A stretch of 64,000 bases of DNA from the human T2T-CHM13v2.0 reference genome, Homo sapiens, in NCBI GenBank assembly GCA_009914755.4, contig CP068257.2, positions 33,952,001 through 34,016,000 of the forward strand. Reading direction: 5' to 3'. The notes below the pieces were generated by a model, which was not told where the DNA came from, did no database searches, and saw nothing but the letters and a program-made list of their open reading frames with translations. The position numbers and the translations under genes are program-made. Shown here piece by piece: positions 26,460 through 42,010 of this stretch. The number at the start of each line of letters is the position of its first letter. Position 1 is the stretch's first letter.

Positions 26460-28760
26460 AAATTGACTTTTGTAGAAGAGAAGAGTTCCCAGGATATTTG
26501 GAATATCATGCATTCCAGACTCTGAAAGGAATTATAAGTTCCAGTTTCAACCAAAATTTTTTCCCTCAATAGTTAATTTCAAAAAAAGAAAAAGGTAAGA
26601 TGTGTATGCCATTCTCATGAGAAGAAAACAAGACCTAAAACAAACAAACAAAAAAACCAGTCTAGGCCCTAAACCTTATATGAAGATAAAGAAAGGTCAT
26701 CCTCAATTTCAATTTACTTTATATATTCTTTGAGAGGTAACCGTGTCTTATCTCCCCCCAAAATTCCTTTTAAAAGGAAATTTCCAAAGATGCTCTATTC
26801 TGTGAATAAAGCATTGTGCCACAGCCGAGAGGATCCAGCAATGAACATGAGATTGCCCTTGATTCATAAGGTCTACAAGCTAGTAAGGATAGAGAACACT
26901 TTAAAATAAAAAAAAATAGTTTTTGGTATATTTATATTGTATATTTGGTATAATTGAGTTTTCTACATTCTCATATATGTATTTCATATTTTGAAGAATA
27001 TGCAGAAAATAATCAAGCTTCCAAATAAACATTTTTTTTTAAGAACTGCACAAGTGAGAATTTAGGAGAATAGAAGATCAGAGGGCTGCACGGGCTAAAC
27101 TAGACAATGAGCCCATGCAAGTAAGTTAAGAGGAGAAGCGGGTAAGTATGCACCTGCTTTGTCTAGGAGACCAGCAAGCATTTAGTAATAGTCTTTTCAA
27201 AACAACAGCTCCTTATATTGTCAAATCTCAAGAAGTAATATTTATGGTTAAAAAAATCTCAGACCCAACAGAAAATCCATGAGGGAGATGGTTTTGGAAA
27301 CGCAGAATTTTCAGCTATGATATCCTTTTATAAACAAGCAGATACTTTCCCCAAATATAATTCAATGCCTCAGTCTACCTCCTGCTGAAACCACTAACAC
27401 CACCACTAAAGCTCGACTATATGGGAAAATTTAGGGGTCACTTTCAAAATATGTCCTAGCATAAAGGCAATTAAAAAATGTAAAGCACCAAAGATGCAAG
27501 AGAGACATAAATGAATAAAATATCTGGCACGAAAGTTTTCAAAAGCTTGGGAATCTGATTCAAAAAAAAATAAAATCAGCCAAGCAGTGTTAGTAAGTTA
27601 GCCAATCAGGTTTCAAGAAGGCAGAAAGACAAAATCAACATCACCAGCATTTGACACCGCTACTGGGGGAAAAAAGGGGGATGGAGTTCGTTTATGGCCT
27701 TTTTAAAAATGCCATTACTTGGACAAGAGTCATAACAGAGAAGCACTGCTTATTTCAGTTCTGTGAACTGTAAATATCAGAGCCAACACCCAGAAAAAGT
27801 TCACCATTAGCCAATTGGTTTTGCCTGGCCAATTGGAGATGGTAATAGGCCTGCTATGGATGACATTCTTTCTGATATAAGTTGTTTCTTGCTTTTTCTC
27901 CCTCTCTACTGTATGTCTTTAAATTCTTTATAACATTCCTTTCTCACTACTATTCAATTAGCTTTCAGATGAGTGAGGAGCACCTACACACCAAGATTGC
28001 CACTGTACCAAGTATCATCACAAGAGTTCACAACCAGCTGCTTAAAAGTAATTGGCATCATAATGTGCAGAAAAAAATACTTTTCTAATGGTTGCCTGGA
28101 AGATTTATATCACTAAAATGTAATTAAAAAGTAGATTTAGAAATATACTCAGCAACCAAAAAGATTAAATATTAATGTGAAGTGTAATTAATAAATTATA
28201 CATCTCTTGATTACTAATGGCTTATTGACTGTAAAAGCATAACATTATGGAATATTAGGGCAAACAAAGGCTTTTGGGGAATATTGTTCAGCTTCAAGGA
28301 TGCTGCTGCTGCTGCTCTTGAATTTCCAGAAGAAATCCTGATTTTTGCAGAGAAAATAAAAATTTGCCTAATTATTTCCATTAACATTCTTTACTCATTC
28401 TATATGTCACTGAGTGTGTCGTTCTTTACAAAATGAAAACTTGGTAGTTTCCTGAATCCTTTTTTATTGCACTAAGACAATTTCTGCTGCATGTTCTACT
28501 GGCTATCCGGTTGAAATTAAGTTTTACATTTAAAAGTAGTTCTGAACCTCTTATACAAAAATAAGGTGTCTAATACCATTGGCAGTGACATCAGTACAGA
28601 TAAATATCTGGAATGAGGTGGGTGTGCGATGGGTAATGCCTGCAGGGCAATGCAGTCTGCAGAATAAGACAAAACCATGGATAGAGAGAGGGGGCTATCC
28701 AGACATCAATAAACATATGTAAACTGCAATCACCTCACACTCTCTTGAAAAATTTTCAGG

Positions 28761-29082
<322 letters not shown>

Positions 29083-29394
29083 TTATAGAAAGTGCCTTGG
29101 GGGTTATGTAGCCTACCAGCTTCATTTTATATAAGAATTTGGAATTCTCTTAGGCAACGCAGTCACATGACTTAAGATTTCAAGGATAGTCAATGGCAGA
29201 ATGGGAGCAATAGCTCAGGTTTCCTCACACTGATAGCAATAGGAAGCCAACAAATTCTTAGGCAGACAGGGATGGGTCCCTGGTGAAACTCGACCTTCAA
29301 GCCAAGGACAGTCTGAAGCCCTCAAACTACCAGTTCTGGACAGAGTCCACAGACTGCAGTGACAACTTCCATTCCCATTGGGTGCAATCAGCCC

Positions 29395-29478
29395 CTGATT
29401 GGTCCCAGGCCAAGGTTCCGGGCCAAGCCTTCCCTTCAGCCCCCAGTTTGTCCCAGGCCAAGCTTTCACTTCAGTCCC
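29395..29478. repeat. Two-copy tandem repeat of about 42 bp
   Basis: 'tcccaggccaaggttccgggccaagccttcccttcagccccca' / 'gtttgtcccaggccaagctttcacttcagtccccg'. Confidence 0.6.
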
Positions 29479-29515
29479 CGATTGCTTCTTTACACTATCG
29501 TACCACTTTCTGAAT

Positions 29516-29996
29516 GAGACAGCCCTGGGAAAGGGCAGGAAAATGCCACACACAGAGCCCGGACACAGTGACTACACCTAAGTGAGTGCTCCGGGACTGT
29601 GGGCAAAGCACAGTCAGTCATCCTGAGTGAACATCCAGAAATAGGGACCTGATCAGTTTCTCCTCTTGCTTGAAGCCCGGGAGGTTCCCTTCTTGGAAGG
29701 TGTGGGGCTTGTAGAGAGGAAGTCACCTTTGTCTGAAGAGAAGATATCCCTTAATTGTGGTGCATATGGCCCCAGGTGCAACATGGTTAGGGGAGGGCAC
29801 ACAGCCTGGATTCCTGCCTCAGCCTAACCAGCACAGCCTCTGCATGATGCAGAGACAGGCAACAGGATTCTGGAGTCCCTCCTAATCTAGCCCTCTCCTC
29901 CCTCCTTGCAGCCTGGCTTCTGTGCCTGCTCCACAGGGCAGCCTAACCTGCACAGCCCGCCATCTGCATGATGCAGGGACAGGCAACAGGACTCTG
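29516..29996 (+). repeat. Left arm of a large inverted repeat (~480 bp), with ~1.5 copies of a ~122 bp tandem unit at 29817-29996
   Basis: The reverse complement of 33871-34369 aligns along the whole arm at roughly 94% identity (e.g. 'gacagccctgggaaagggcaggaaaatgccacacacagagcccggacacagtgactacacctaagtgagtgctcc'). The tandem unit contains 'cagcctaaccagcacagcc...ctgcatgatgcagagacaggcaacaggattctggag'. The independent minus- and plus-strand ORF peptides at 29887-30099 and 33898-34161 share 'ESCCLSLHHADGG'. Confidence 0.85.
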
Positions 29997-30708
29997 TCAT
30001 TTTGTTGCTTCTTTTCTTTGACCACCAATTCAGTAGCTGACAACAACAAAACCACCTGGAAACTATGTGGACAAATGAACACGGACTCCAAGTCTCCAAA
30101 ATACAAACTCATTTGCTCAACTCTAATAGAAATTGTATCACTGGAAATTACTTTTCTAATTATACATAATAACATAATCAACAAATCCTTATGACGCTAT
30201 ATTTCTGCAGGCAAACAATGTTCAATGTCACCAGCAAGACTACTTATTTAACAAGGAAATTTTTTTAACTGCTTAACAAATCATCAGTGGTTTAGAAATT
30301 TCATAAAATTTCTCATTTCAAAAACGAGAAAATTAAGGCCTTGCGGGGTTAAATCGTTATCAAGTAATCAGTCGGCTCACTGCCCAGTGTGGACACTGGC
30401 CAATATTATGGCACCAGCCTTTGAGAAAAGGAAACCTTTTTTTGAATCCATCTCCCTGACCTGGGGTTTGGGTTGGGTTTTATCAGCATAGGGTGACAGG
30501 CAAGTTCAATCTGATTGGATCCTGGATCCCATCATGGGGTATCTGTTCCTAAATCATTCCCTGATCCTCGGTCAGAGCGAGCGCTTAGGTTCCCGCTGCA
30601 GTTAAACACCTGGTTCATCTGGGCATACTAAGGTTATGACTTTCCACCTGGGAGTCCACGACAACTGAAAAAACTCAAAACTTCTTTAAGTAGAAGTTGA
30701 GCCTGAAG

Positions 30709-31278
<570 letters not shown>

Positions 31279-33589
31279 GTTGAGTCTGATGGGTCTAGTG
31301 TGTTTATAAAATGACTTAAGATCCCACAGTTATTTTAAAGTAATACATTACTCAACTGGTATTCATTTTGATGCCATTATTTTATTTTATAAAACTAGTC
31401 ATCCTTGCAGAAGTGTATCTGCTTAACTCTTGACAACTACTTTGCCTATTTTATTAACAGCTGCATTTAACCCACGTGACAGGATAACTAATTTCTATTG
31501 TTTTTTTATTTTTGCCTCCTCCTTCCAAGATAGCAGTAGAGTACTGTGTTAAATCTTGCTTCAGAAGAGCTTGTTTAAAATAGTTATAAAGAAAGTAAAA
31601 TACATAGAAAAACACGTTATAATTTTAAATTAAAAAAGAAAAAAGATGTCTACTCTGAATAAATTATGCATACACATAAGGTCTGAACAAAAACATGAAA
31701 AGATGGGCTCTGAGTATCAATTTTAAAAATCTTTACCAGTATAACATTACTCAAACAAAAATTAAAATTTAATATAATTAAGTACATATTCCAAGACAAC
31801 AAATGGACCTTGACTGTTAATTCTGGAAAAGATCCCAAATACTTTGACCAGTAGTGCCTAAAAGTATAAAATTTATCATGTGGCATTTTATCAGACATGC
31901 TGTGGTTATTTAATGAGACTCACTTTTGCAGTTTCTGTTGGTAACACAAACATTTTGGACTTTCATTGTTTACATCCACAATCCCTTATGACAACGTCAA
32001 GATCCAAAAATTTCTGGAAACTGAAATTTTTGTGCTAATTCATCTGGGGACAAATCCTGTCCTGAAGAGACATATAACTATTAATAGTCCTTATCCCACT
32101 AATGGGACTACTGATACTTTTGACTATAGAAATAGTAACAATTTTGATTGTGGAGCGATGTTGCAAACCCTGTCAGGGCTGTTACAGCGTGTGTGATGCG
32201 GGTATCATAGGACCTTCCAAAATCGGAAAACCTCCAAATTTCAAACCTCGGTTCAAGAGATAGATGTTGGGCCTGTATTCTGTCCTTTTTCACTGTGGAA
32301 TGTCGTCATCCTCTAAGGAACAGCATCCAAATCCCTTTGCTGTGCTTCCTCCCTTGATCACAAGCCACACATAACCCAAACTTGAGCAGCATTTGGTGTT
32401 AATCACCTGAAAACTTCCCAGCAAAATGAGTCAAGGAAAACCATCCTTGGCACTAGTGGATGGTTTGTTGGAAACCCACAAAGATAGACTCGGGATCGTG
32501 GGCTATAGAAGTGGTGACAAGTGAAATCTAACATATGCTATTTTAAATACTCATCTGCCTAATATATTCTGGAAGCTCTCAAGAATGTAAGACACTAATA
32601 TCTCTAAAATGTTTTCTATTTTAAAATGAATAACAGTAAGGGTCTGTGATTTGGTTTTGAAAGAAAATTATTTCCCAGTAATTTAAGCACCAAAAATATA
32701 GAACAATATAGTATTTTACATTTATGCAGAGGTGCTCTGGAAGCGGAAAAATAAGAACAATTAAGCTTTGAATATTTCAAGTTTTAAATAAATTTTAATA
32801 TTTGGAAAAAGAGGTCATTAAATGTTCAAATCCATGCGGACTCATACATATCTGTTACACAAAAGCATCTTAGTATCCAAGTTGACTTTTTCTTGAAATA
32901 AGCAGTATTTTCTACCACTTTATAACCAAATCTTAGTCTATGTCTTCCTGTGTAAATTCATCAAATTTACCAAATGAACAGGCAGCACAAAGAGAGCCAC
33001 TGAACCCTCAATGAGTAAAGGACTCCATGGGTAAGTCATATTTTGGGTAACATATTAACACTTTGGAGTCTGCTCAGGGGCTGTTTAGCATATTTAAATC
33101 ATGAATAAGAAAATCAACATCAATTAATATTGTCCCTGTGCCCGGAGGATACTTAGCACTGTCTATTGGACTCATGTGGAAACAGTCATTAACTGTCTCT
33201 GTTCTCAAAGGGCACTTTCCAAACATACGATAACACCCATCTGGTTCTTTCCCCAAACCTCAGAAAACCAACAGAAAATGTAATTTTAGCAAATTAAGAG
33301 ACTGTTTTTTAATGGATACTGTACATCAGCTGGCTTAAATCTGTGTCTTTGAGGTGGTAGAGGAAGGACTGGGAGAAATAAAGGTAAGAGGCAGAGAACT
33401 GATGACAAGAACAAAGAAAGTAGCAAAGGCTGGAGAGAAGGCTCTGGTTCCTTGGGCTGGGTGTCCACAGAGTATCCCCTTCCCCAGGGCACACAGTTCA
33501 TCCCTGCATTCACTCATTCATTCATCTCTGTGTCCCCAGAGCTTGTTCTGTGTCAAACATTGTCCTGGGTTCTGAGGACAACAGAGGGA

Positions 33590-33735
33590 ATAAAGTAACC
33601 CTTACCCTCAAATATACAATGGGGACAGTAGTGGTCCCTACATCTTTGGGTTATCGTGAAGATTAAATGAGCCATCAGAATAAGGCCCAAAGCATATCTT
33701 ACAAGGCACAAATGCCCTGATATTTTTTAATAAAA
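33590..33735 (+). mobile_element. MIR-like ancient SINE fragment
   Basis: 'ctacatctttgggttatcgtgaagattaaatgagccatcagaataaggcccaaagcatatcttacaaggcacaaatgccctg' resembles the MIR 3' half ('...tagggttgttgtgaggattaaatgagttaatacatgtaaagcgcttagaacagtgcctggcaca'). An upstream 'cattcactcattcattcatc' motif is also present. Confidence 0.4.
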
Positions 33736-33870
33736 AAACTAAAAGAGTCTAGTTTGGAAATGGACACATAGACATTTTAAGTGCAGTGTGATGAGGGAAA
33801 ATAGAGGATACAGCAGAAGCAGAGAATCCAGGCTGCAGGAGGGAGGAGAGGGGAAGGTTAGGAGGGGCTC

Positions 33871-34369
33871 CAGAATCCTGTTGCCTGTCCCTGCATCATG
33901 CAGCCGGCAGGGCTGTGCAAGTTAGGCTGCCCTGTCAAGCAGGCAGAGAAGCCAGGCTGCAGGAAGGAGGAGAGGGCTAGATTAGGAGGGGCTCCAGAAT
34001 CCTGTTGCCTGTCTCTGCATCATGCAGATGGTGGGGCTGTGCTGGTTACGCTGCCCTATGGAGCAGGCAGTAACCCAGGCTGCGTGCCCTCCCCTAACCA
34101 TGTTGCACCTGGGGCCATATGCACCACAATTAAGGGACATCTTCTCTTCAGACAAAGGTGACTTCCTCTCTGCAAGCCCCACGCCCTCCAAAAGGGGAAC
34201 CTCCCAGGCTTTAAGCAAGAGGAGAAACTGATCAGGTCCCTAATTCTGGATGATCACTCGGGATGACTGACTATGCTTTGCCCACAGTCCAGGAGCACTC
34301 ACTTAGGTGTAGTCACTGTGTCCGGGCTCTGTGTGTGGCATTTTCCTGCCCTTTCCCAGGGCTGTCTCA
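33871..34369 (-). repeat. Right arm of the large inverted repeat. The ~122 bp tandem array extends to about 33825-34075 (about 2 copies).
   Basis: Reverse complement of the left arm. Tandem copies are 'caggctgcaggagggaggagaggggaaggttaggaggggctccagaatcctgttgcctgtccctgcatcatgcagccggcagggctgtgcaagttaggctgccctg...' and 'caggctgcaggaaggaggagagggctagattaggaggggctccagaatcctgttgcctgtctctgcatcatgcagatggtgg...'. Confidence 0.85.
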
Positions 34370-37300
34370 GAGGTTGGGAGAAGGGCCAGACTCTCTAGTA
34401 GACTCTGACACCACCTAGAAAAGCTACCTGCATAGGCCCCCCAGTCGGGGGTGCTGAGACTGCCTACTTAGTTGCCAGCACATCCAGGTGTGGGCTAGCC
34501 TGTGGGCCACGTGTCTTCAATAAAGAGGGGGACACTGGAAACCGGCTAGTACCACATAGGGCTGAATGCAGCTGCTGCTGGGGTTCATGTTCCATCAGTT
34601 AAAGTCTAGAGAGAAAGAGAGGAGTGCAATCCCAAATACCCCACCTGGAGGTGGCAGCATGAACTCCCTGGCAGGTGACATAACAGGGACACAGCAGGAG
34701 GCGAAGGTCATATTCGAGGTGGTTTCTGCATCTGTTGAATGAGCCTTGGGAGCCTGCTGTGTGCGAGGCCCTGAGCCAGGGCCCCGGGGATTCAAAAGTG
34801 AATAAAACACAGCTCCAGGGTGCATATTCAGCTGCAGCAGACAGATGCACAAGTACTTGAAGTAAATGGTTTGAGGGATGGTGCTATCAGCATACAAGAC
34901 TCCACAGAGGCTATAGAGAGAGAGGGACCAGTTCTATATGGCAGAGACTCAGAAAAGGGTTTTCTGAAGGAAGCGAGCTGTGGACTAAGATTGAAGCTAA
35001 GGGGCAGGGGTGGGGTGCAGTTCTAGGTGGATCCTTTGCCACACAAGCAAAGAGAAAGAAGCTGGAAACAGCCTGCAGCCTCTAGGAAATTCAGGGACTT
35101 TAGTACAACTGGAAGGGGGTCAAGAGGAGGCTCTACCAAGACAGGAGGCAAAAGGGAGGCTGGTCCAGGCCAGAGACTTGAGGCACTGGAATGCCAAGTG
35201 AAGGAATCTGGTGTCCTTTGGGTAAGAGTAAGCAAGGGCCCCTGAACTTGGGTAGTAATAGCAGATGTTGCAGAGGAAACATCAGCAGGATTTGGCACCA
35301 TATTGCCAGGAAGAGGTGAAGTAGCGCAGTAGGCTAAGGAGGGCTCCAGGCAATAACAAGGATGGAAGCAATAATGCCAGCACCACACACCAGCCCTTCC
35401 TGTGCACAGAATACACGGTCCCATCCATGCCCAGGGGCTTGGCACTGGTAGTGGCAGGGCTGGATTGTCACTGACGCCCCACCACTGGCTCCACTGGGCC
35501 AGGCTGAGCTTTCTGCGTGGAGGGAGCCGGGGCCAAGCGATGTAGGTGCACCCTGGAGAAGGTGAGGGGCTCTAGTCCCAGGCTCCTTTTTCGTTTCCTG
35601 GCCTCCCTTGTGATTGTTTCCCTCCCTTTTACCATCAAGTCACCCTGCATACTCCACTGTATGAACAGATCACACGATCTGCCTTCAAATCTGCTCTTGA
35701 GAACCCCGGGCAAACACATACTCCTCCTTGCCAAGAGGCTTCTCAGTTCCATGTCCAAATGCACTTGCTCCATCATCCAAGGCCTGTGCTCTAAGAGAGA
35801 GATCACTGTTTTTAGGTAGAGTTAGAGCTGGCAGACAATGCCCAATACCCCCACCAATTGCTTAGAGCATTTATCAGTCAGGGAGCAGGCTGCCCTGGGG
35901 AGTCATCTGCATCAGCTCAGGCCCTGGGCCTCACAGGACCTCTCACAATGTGGTCCTCCAGGCCCATGGCCTCCCCCAACCCATCTGTGCTAAAGGCTAA
36001 CTATGGCACCCCTCCAAGAAGGGGGTCCTGAGTTAAACCCCAAACTCCAGAGTCCCTTATCCCATCTGTTTCCTCAGTCCATCCCACCCCCCATCCCAAG
36101 GTCTTGCTCCTCCACTTTTAAACCTCCAAGGAAACCAAAAATAACTCAATACGTAGCTCAGGGCTTGGGGAAGCTACCTTCAATACCTTAGAGGATTATA
36201 TTGGAAGTGAAAACAAAACAAAGCAACCATGACTCAATCTCTCTGCCATTTATAAATTACGAAAATAAATATTCACTAATTCACAGAGGTGGTGTGGATC
36301 AACCTTTGGCTTTGAACTTTCAAGGTTTCAGAAGTTCCTAAAATTGGGTAGGTCTCTATGCCATACAAATGATTGTTTCTACTGTTAAAAAGAAAGACAT
36401 GAGGATAATTTTTTGCCCATGAATTGGGAACCTGGATAATGCTGTGATGCCATGGAGTTTATTTCAATTCTTTAGTTATGTATATAATAAAGATAAATTC
36501 TGAATTTACAGAAACTTGAAAAAAAAAAAAAAGGAAAGACATTCCTGGTGCATGTTAGTCAAACTTCTGTTTCCTGAGTAAACTAGGGACCCTTGGATGA
36601 GACTTCTAATTCCAAATCCTAACAAAGTACTACATAGGTAACATTGGAAGTTATCTAGTGCCTGTGACCTTTATTTTGCTCATTTATAGAAAGGGGATAA
36701 ATGAAACCCACCTTTCTTGTGTGGGCTCAAAAGTGACAGCATGGATGTAAGCATTCAGTACATTGAGAAGCTGGGTGCGCCCATTCTTTCCTAATGGATG
36801 AAACACACAGCATGAGACCATAAAAGCCAGAGTCCTTGTACATTATGGTCTGAGGATTTGCCTGCTTAGAAACATCAGAGACCAAATTATTCAAAAAAAG
36901 GAAAAGCCAAAAGCAAGGCTCAAAATCTTACGAAGCAAACATCTTGGGGCTTTAGGGGATGTCAGGGTTAATTCACTGCTTGCTGTCCCCCTGGTTTACT
37001 CTTCCCCTCATAGACCCCGTTTATCGAGGTCAGACCTGGACAATTCTCTGAAGACACAGAGCAGCAAATAGGAGTTAAGGGCAGAGTGAGCTGGGTTCAG
37101 CAGTAGGGAGAGGAGAATTTCTCAGCATTGTTTTCAAGCTCAGGTGAATGTCAGGAAAAGAACTCACATCATTTCCAACTGGGATCTAAGAATTCACTGA
37201 GCACCAACTATTGGCTAGAAGTATGCTGAACACTCTAAATGCCTTACCTGAATCTCATCTACCCCTCTTAGAAAGTAGGCATTTCAAAATCATACTTCTC

Positions 37301-39269
37301 TAAGTTCTTAAAGGGAACAACAAAGAAATGTGCAATGTGACTCAATGACATAAGCCGTGGTTTAAGCCTGTCTGCGCTTTTCGAGAGTAATCATATGTAC
37401 CATTTCGTAAGCCCCTTGCTACGTACCAGACACTGTGCCAGGTGCTCCGTATGTATTATTTCTAGTATTCCTCCCCAGATCCTACATGTCAGAGATTATT
37501 ATTATTCCCATTTTATAGATAAGAAAACTGACTTTCAGAAAAGTAAAGTTACTTGCTCAAGCGCACAGAGCATGTGGGATTTAAAGCCAGAATTCATCTT
37601 TCTCTCTGGTCTATTTCCTCAGGATTAAAGGCTCACACTTTAAGCACTGATGAGGCAGAATATTACTGATATAACTCGTTTCTGATCTATATAGACTTTG
37701 GAAATATCTCAGGGTAGCCACTTCCTGGCCTACAGAACACTAATTTTGTTCAGGCAGTAACATGTCATCCTGGCTGAATTATTTGTTCTAGGAAAATCAT
37801 GAAAACCCCAATTGTCTTAGCCAGTGACTGGTTTAGTGATTGCTATGTGACTCTCTTCTGACCAAAGAGATGAAAAAAAGCCTGTTCTTTACTTCTGGGA
37901 AAGACTTTCCTCCCTGACCGAGAAGACCTGTGGAAGAGAAAGCCCTTTTGTGGCAGCTCCTCCTGCTATCTGTAACACTATCATGTGAGGACATAATGGT
38001 TGGAGCAGGGGCAGCTGTCTTGTGTGCATGAGTGGAAGGCAGTAGGCATTGCTCATACTCTAAGGATATCGGAATGAAGAAGAAAAACTTTAGAAGCTTG
38101 GTGTCCTTGTAACCCCTCAAGCCTACCCTGAGACCACTTCCATGATTTTTGTAACATCAGTAAGTGTTCTTACGGCTTAAGCCACTGTCAACAAATTTTC
38201 TATTACTCCAAATGCATCCCAGCTGACATAGTTATAAAGTAGAATCAAATCATAATTTATATTTATTCTGAAAATGAAATTTGAGTGTTTTTGGTGGCTG
38301 AGTTGCTGACTCTGAATATGGCTCTACTCCTCAAAGTCACCTAAAAGGACTATTAGTGACTTGGAGATTTGAACCAACTCTAATTCTTTCTTTGCTTCTG
38401 TAGGAGAGGCAAAACTTTTCCTCAACCCTCTTAGGTTCTGCAGCAGAGGTTTGCAAGTTCAACTAACGAAAGCCAGATTAGCAGGAGAAACACATACAGA
38501 TTATATTTGATGTTAATTTTTTTACATGACACAGGGGACTTCGTAGAGAAGAAGTGAAAACCTGAAAGGAACAGGTAGAATTGAGGGCTTATATACCATT
38601 TTAACAAACAGTGATAAATTTGTGGGGAAGTGACACGATAAAGAGGTTTGGGACAATAAATTGTGGGAAAAGGACTAGAAAATATACTGGGGTAACCAAT
38701 GAAACAAAAGGGTTATTTTAGGAAGGTTTATTTGTACAGACTCATCTTGGTATCATCTCGCCATCTCTGATGATACAAATGTTATCTTCTTCCTGGTACC
38801 AGAATACCTTTCTCATAGGAAATTTATGCCCTCCTTTTAGGGAGAAAAGTAGGGGGCAGATAGCCCTTCCCATATCTGCTTTTCTTAATTGCCTTCAGCT
38901 CAAAATAATCAATATGCCAAAGCAGCATATTTTGGGGTGACATATTCTGATCACTTTTACTTCAAAATAAATAATATATCTATGATTTTACCTATTTAAA
39001 ATATAATGTATCTTTTATATTTAAATAATTTATATTTAAGTTTTAAATATAGATATAATTAAAACATTAATTGTATAATATTGTCATAATATTACTAAAT
39101 TGCCTACTAACATTTAATCACAATGATTACTGCATTTTGCATTTAAACTTTTTAAATTAGTATGTAATTATTATAACTTAACCATTAAAGAAATGCATAA
39201 AGCAAAAGTGAAGGCTATCCCAGAATTAAAATGTACTAAAACTTCTTTTACTAATTATAAAATGAATTT

Positions 39270-39960
39270 ACATTGTATCTGATCTTCACCCATGTTGTGT
39301 GTATGAATAGCTTAATTCCTTTCAAATGAGCAGTATTCCACTACACAGACATACCAGAGTGTAATTATTGATTCTCCTACTGATAAACACTTAGATTATT
39401 TCCACTTTGAAACTATTATGAAAAATGCTGGTATTAACATCCTTATACATGTTTTTTTTAGTGGAACTTTTTCGTTTTCATTTCTCTGGGCTGGAGAGTA
39501 AGCAAAGCTAAGTTGTAAGGCTGGAAAACAGAACAATGCTTGCTGCTAAGGGTGGCACAAGGGGGTTTCTGAGGTCATGGAAATGCTCTATGCCCTGACT
39601 GGTATGGTGATTGTGCAGGTATATACGTTTATCAAAACTTATAAAACTTTGAGCCTTAATGTGTGTAAATTATACTCTATTTATAAGAATCATAAAAAAG
39701 AAAAAAGAAAACTGTCCAAAAAGAATATAAGATTATGGTAGGTGTAGAGAACCGGCGGTTGGCATTCCTTCCAGCCATGCTCTTGCATGTCTTCCAAACT
39801 GCAGATGCTGGAAAGCTGAGAACCACATTTCTCAGATTCCCTTGAATCAAAGGGAAGGAGACAGTTTGATCTTCACCCATGTTGTGTGTATCAATAGTTT
39901 AATTGCTTTTTAATGAGCAGTATTCCATTGCACAGATATTGGAGTCAAACTGGCTTCTTC
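39270..39960 (+). mobile_element. Degenerate old LINE-1 (L1M-like) 3'-region fragments. The same L1 segment appears twice, at ~39270-39470 and ~39860-39950.
   Basis: 'gagcagtattccactacacagacatacc...ctgataaacacttagattatttccactttgaaactattatgaaaaatgctg' matches the L1 region '...gagtagtattccattgtgtggatataccacatttt...tgttgatggacatttgggttgtttccacttttggctattatgaataatgctg'. Second copy: 'gatcttcacccatgttgtgtgtatcaatagtttaattgctttttaatgagcagtattccattgcacag'. Confidence 0.4.
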
Positions 39961-41077
39961 AAACTGTATACCTTCATGTAAGATTTGAAAGGAGAAGCAA
40001 ACAGGGGCAGAAGTGGAGGCCATCATCCCATGAACTGGAAGGCAGCAGGGATCTCCTGCAGTTCCTCTCCCATACCAATGGCCAGGGCAGCTGGACCCCT
40101 GGCAAGGCCAAATCACCATCCCAGTGTCCAGTTCCCAGCCTCATGCCTGCTGAGGGGCAGTAAGAGCAGCAGCAGCTACAGAGAGAAGCTACAAGTCTAG
40201 TTTGTTTTGTTTTGTTTTTTTAACCAGGAACCTTTTGGGGCATGCATAATAGTTGACAGTATTATATAGTGAATACACATATATCTATCACCCAGATTCT
40301 ACAATTGTTAACATCGTGTTAGATTTGCTGTATCATGTATCCACCATATATTCATCCATTACTCAGTCTTATTTTCTGATTCATTGATGGTTTGTATTTT
40401 AACTCAGCAATTCCACTGGTGGCCTCCCGCTCCCAATCCTGCCCAAGGTAGTGGCTTCTCTAGAGGACCAGTGCCCAGACTTGTTCTTGGAGTCTTCCTG
40501 GGAGCCAGCCAGGCCTTCCAATGATTGTGTAGGTTCCTCATTCATCATCCCTGCTACGGTTTGTTATACTACAATGCATCTTTCAAAGGCTCCAAGATAG
40601 TTCATGTAGAATTAGGAGTTAGGAGGTGATGTCCCTTTAACATGACAAGTGTGTTGTGTTGGTTCATACATGTTTCTTAGCAAGAGAAGCAGGAAAAGAC
40701 GAATCTTCAGCTTGGCTACAAAATACTTCCTAGTTCTGTCCCAGGAAAATTAAACATGATCACCTACAGCAGAGGTGCCCCCAAACTTGAAGGCTCTTGC
40801 AAGGGGCTGGTTGCTCTTTCTCTTGTGCTAAGAGCTTCCATCTGCATTTCCTCAATCCACAAGACAGCATTTTGCTTTTTTTTAATTTTTCATTTTTAAC
40901 ATTCTTGAGGCTAAGTCCAGTCATCACATTTCATGCCTCCATTACCGAACTGTCCCCAAAGTTACAAGCATCATGTTTACCAATACTGTGGGTGCAAAGT
41001 GATGTAGGTTTTGGTGGTGTGCACTGAACCTGTATAACTGTGTTAATAATTTTGAAGAGCACAAGGTTTTTCAGGTA

Positions 41078-41098
41078 TATATATATATATATATATAA
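41078..41098. repeat. (AT)n microsatellite
   Basis: 'atatatatatatatatatata'. Confidence 0.9.
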
Positions 41099-42010
41099 TG
41101 TTATAGAAGAAATAACTGTATTAAATCAATTTCTGGTTAAAACAGCTAAAGTAACTCTGCCACCTGCAATTGAAATCCGACTGATACAGAAATAAAGTCA
41201 AGCATCCCGCCCTACCCGAGATCCCAGCTCTATCCCAGTTAATAACCATCAAAGACAGATTTTTGGATCCTTTCACCTAAGAGACTATATTGCAGATGCC
41301 TCTCTATACTGGGCCGCACTTATCCACATTAGCTGAGCAGTCACTCCAACACCAGGGCAAGTAGTTCTCCCTCATTATCTGGGGTTTGCTGTAATTTCTT
41401 TAAACAACCTTCCTCCTCCTTTCACCTATGGACACTTAGGATGTTTCAACCATTCATCACGAGGAATGGTACAGTCGGCATCTTTCAAGATACTACTTTA
41501 CCTAAGAGACTGAACATGGGTTCAGGGTGCTTCCTGAGAGAGTGCATGCACATGGTTTGCTGTTGTCCCACAAAAGGGATGTTCTATCACACTCTCATTG
41601 AGCTGATGGACATACAAGTACCATCACCAGCCAATTTTAAATTCATTTTTGTCATTGGCCACTTGACGGATTAGAAAAAATGGCATCTTGTCTTAATTTG
41701 AGTTTCTTAATATTGAGAAGGGTTGAAGAGTTTTTTGTTTATTAGCCATTTACCTTTTTCCCCCTATGGATTGCTTGCTTTTTTATTTTAAATTGATCTG
41801 TAAATATTTTATATGTCAATGAAATTCACTCTTTGTCCAATGTATTTGAAAATGTTTGGGCTCACCATTTGCCTTTTGATTTTACTTATTTTTTTTGTCA
41901 TGCAGAAATTTTCAACTTTTTAGTAACTAAAATCACCAATCTTTCCTGTTATTTTACCTCTGATTATTATGTCATGTTTACAAACTTCTCACCCTTTCCA
42001 AAAATACATA

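Noticed and set aside
35023-35806. GC-richer stretch with 100-140 aa ORFs on both strands (P/S/A/L-rich) and a 'aaggtgagg' donor-like site
   Set aside because: The peptides have no recognisable domain and low complexity. Both strands are open to similar extents, as expected for GC-rich non-coding DNA. The region contains fragments resembling ancient MIR/L2-type repeats. There is no support for an exon from sequence alone.
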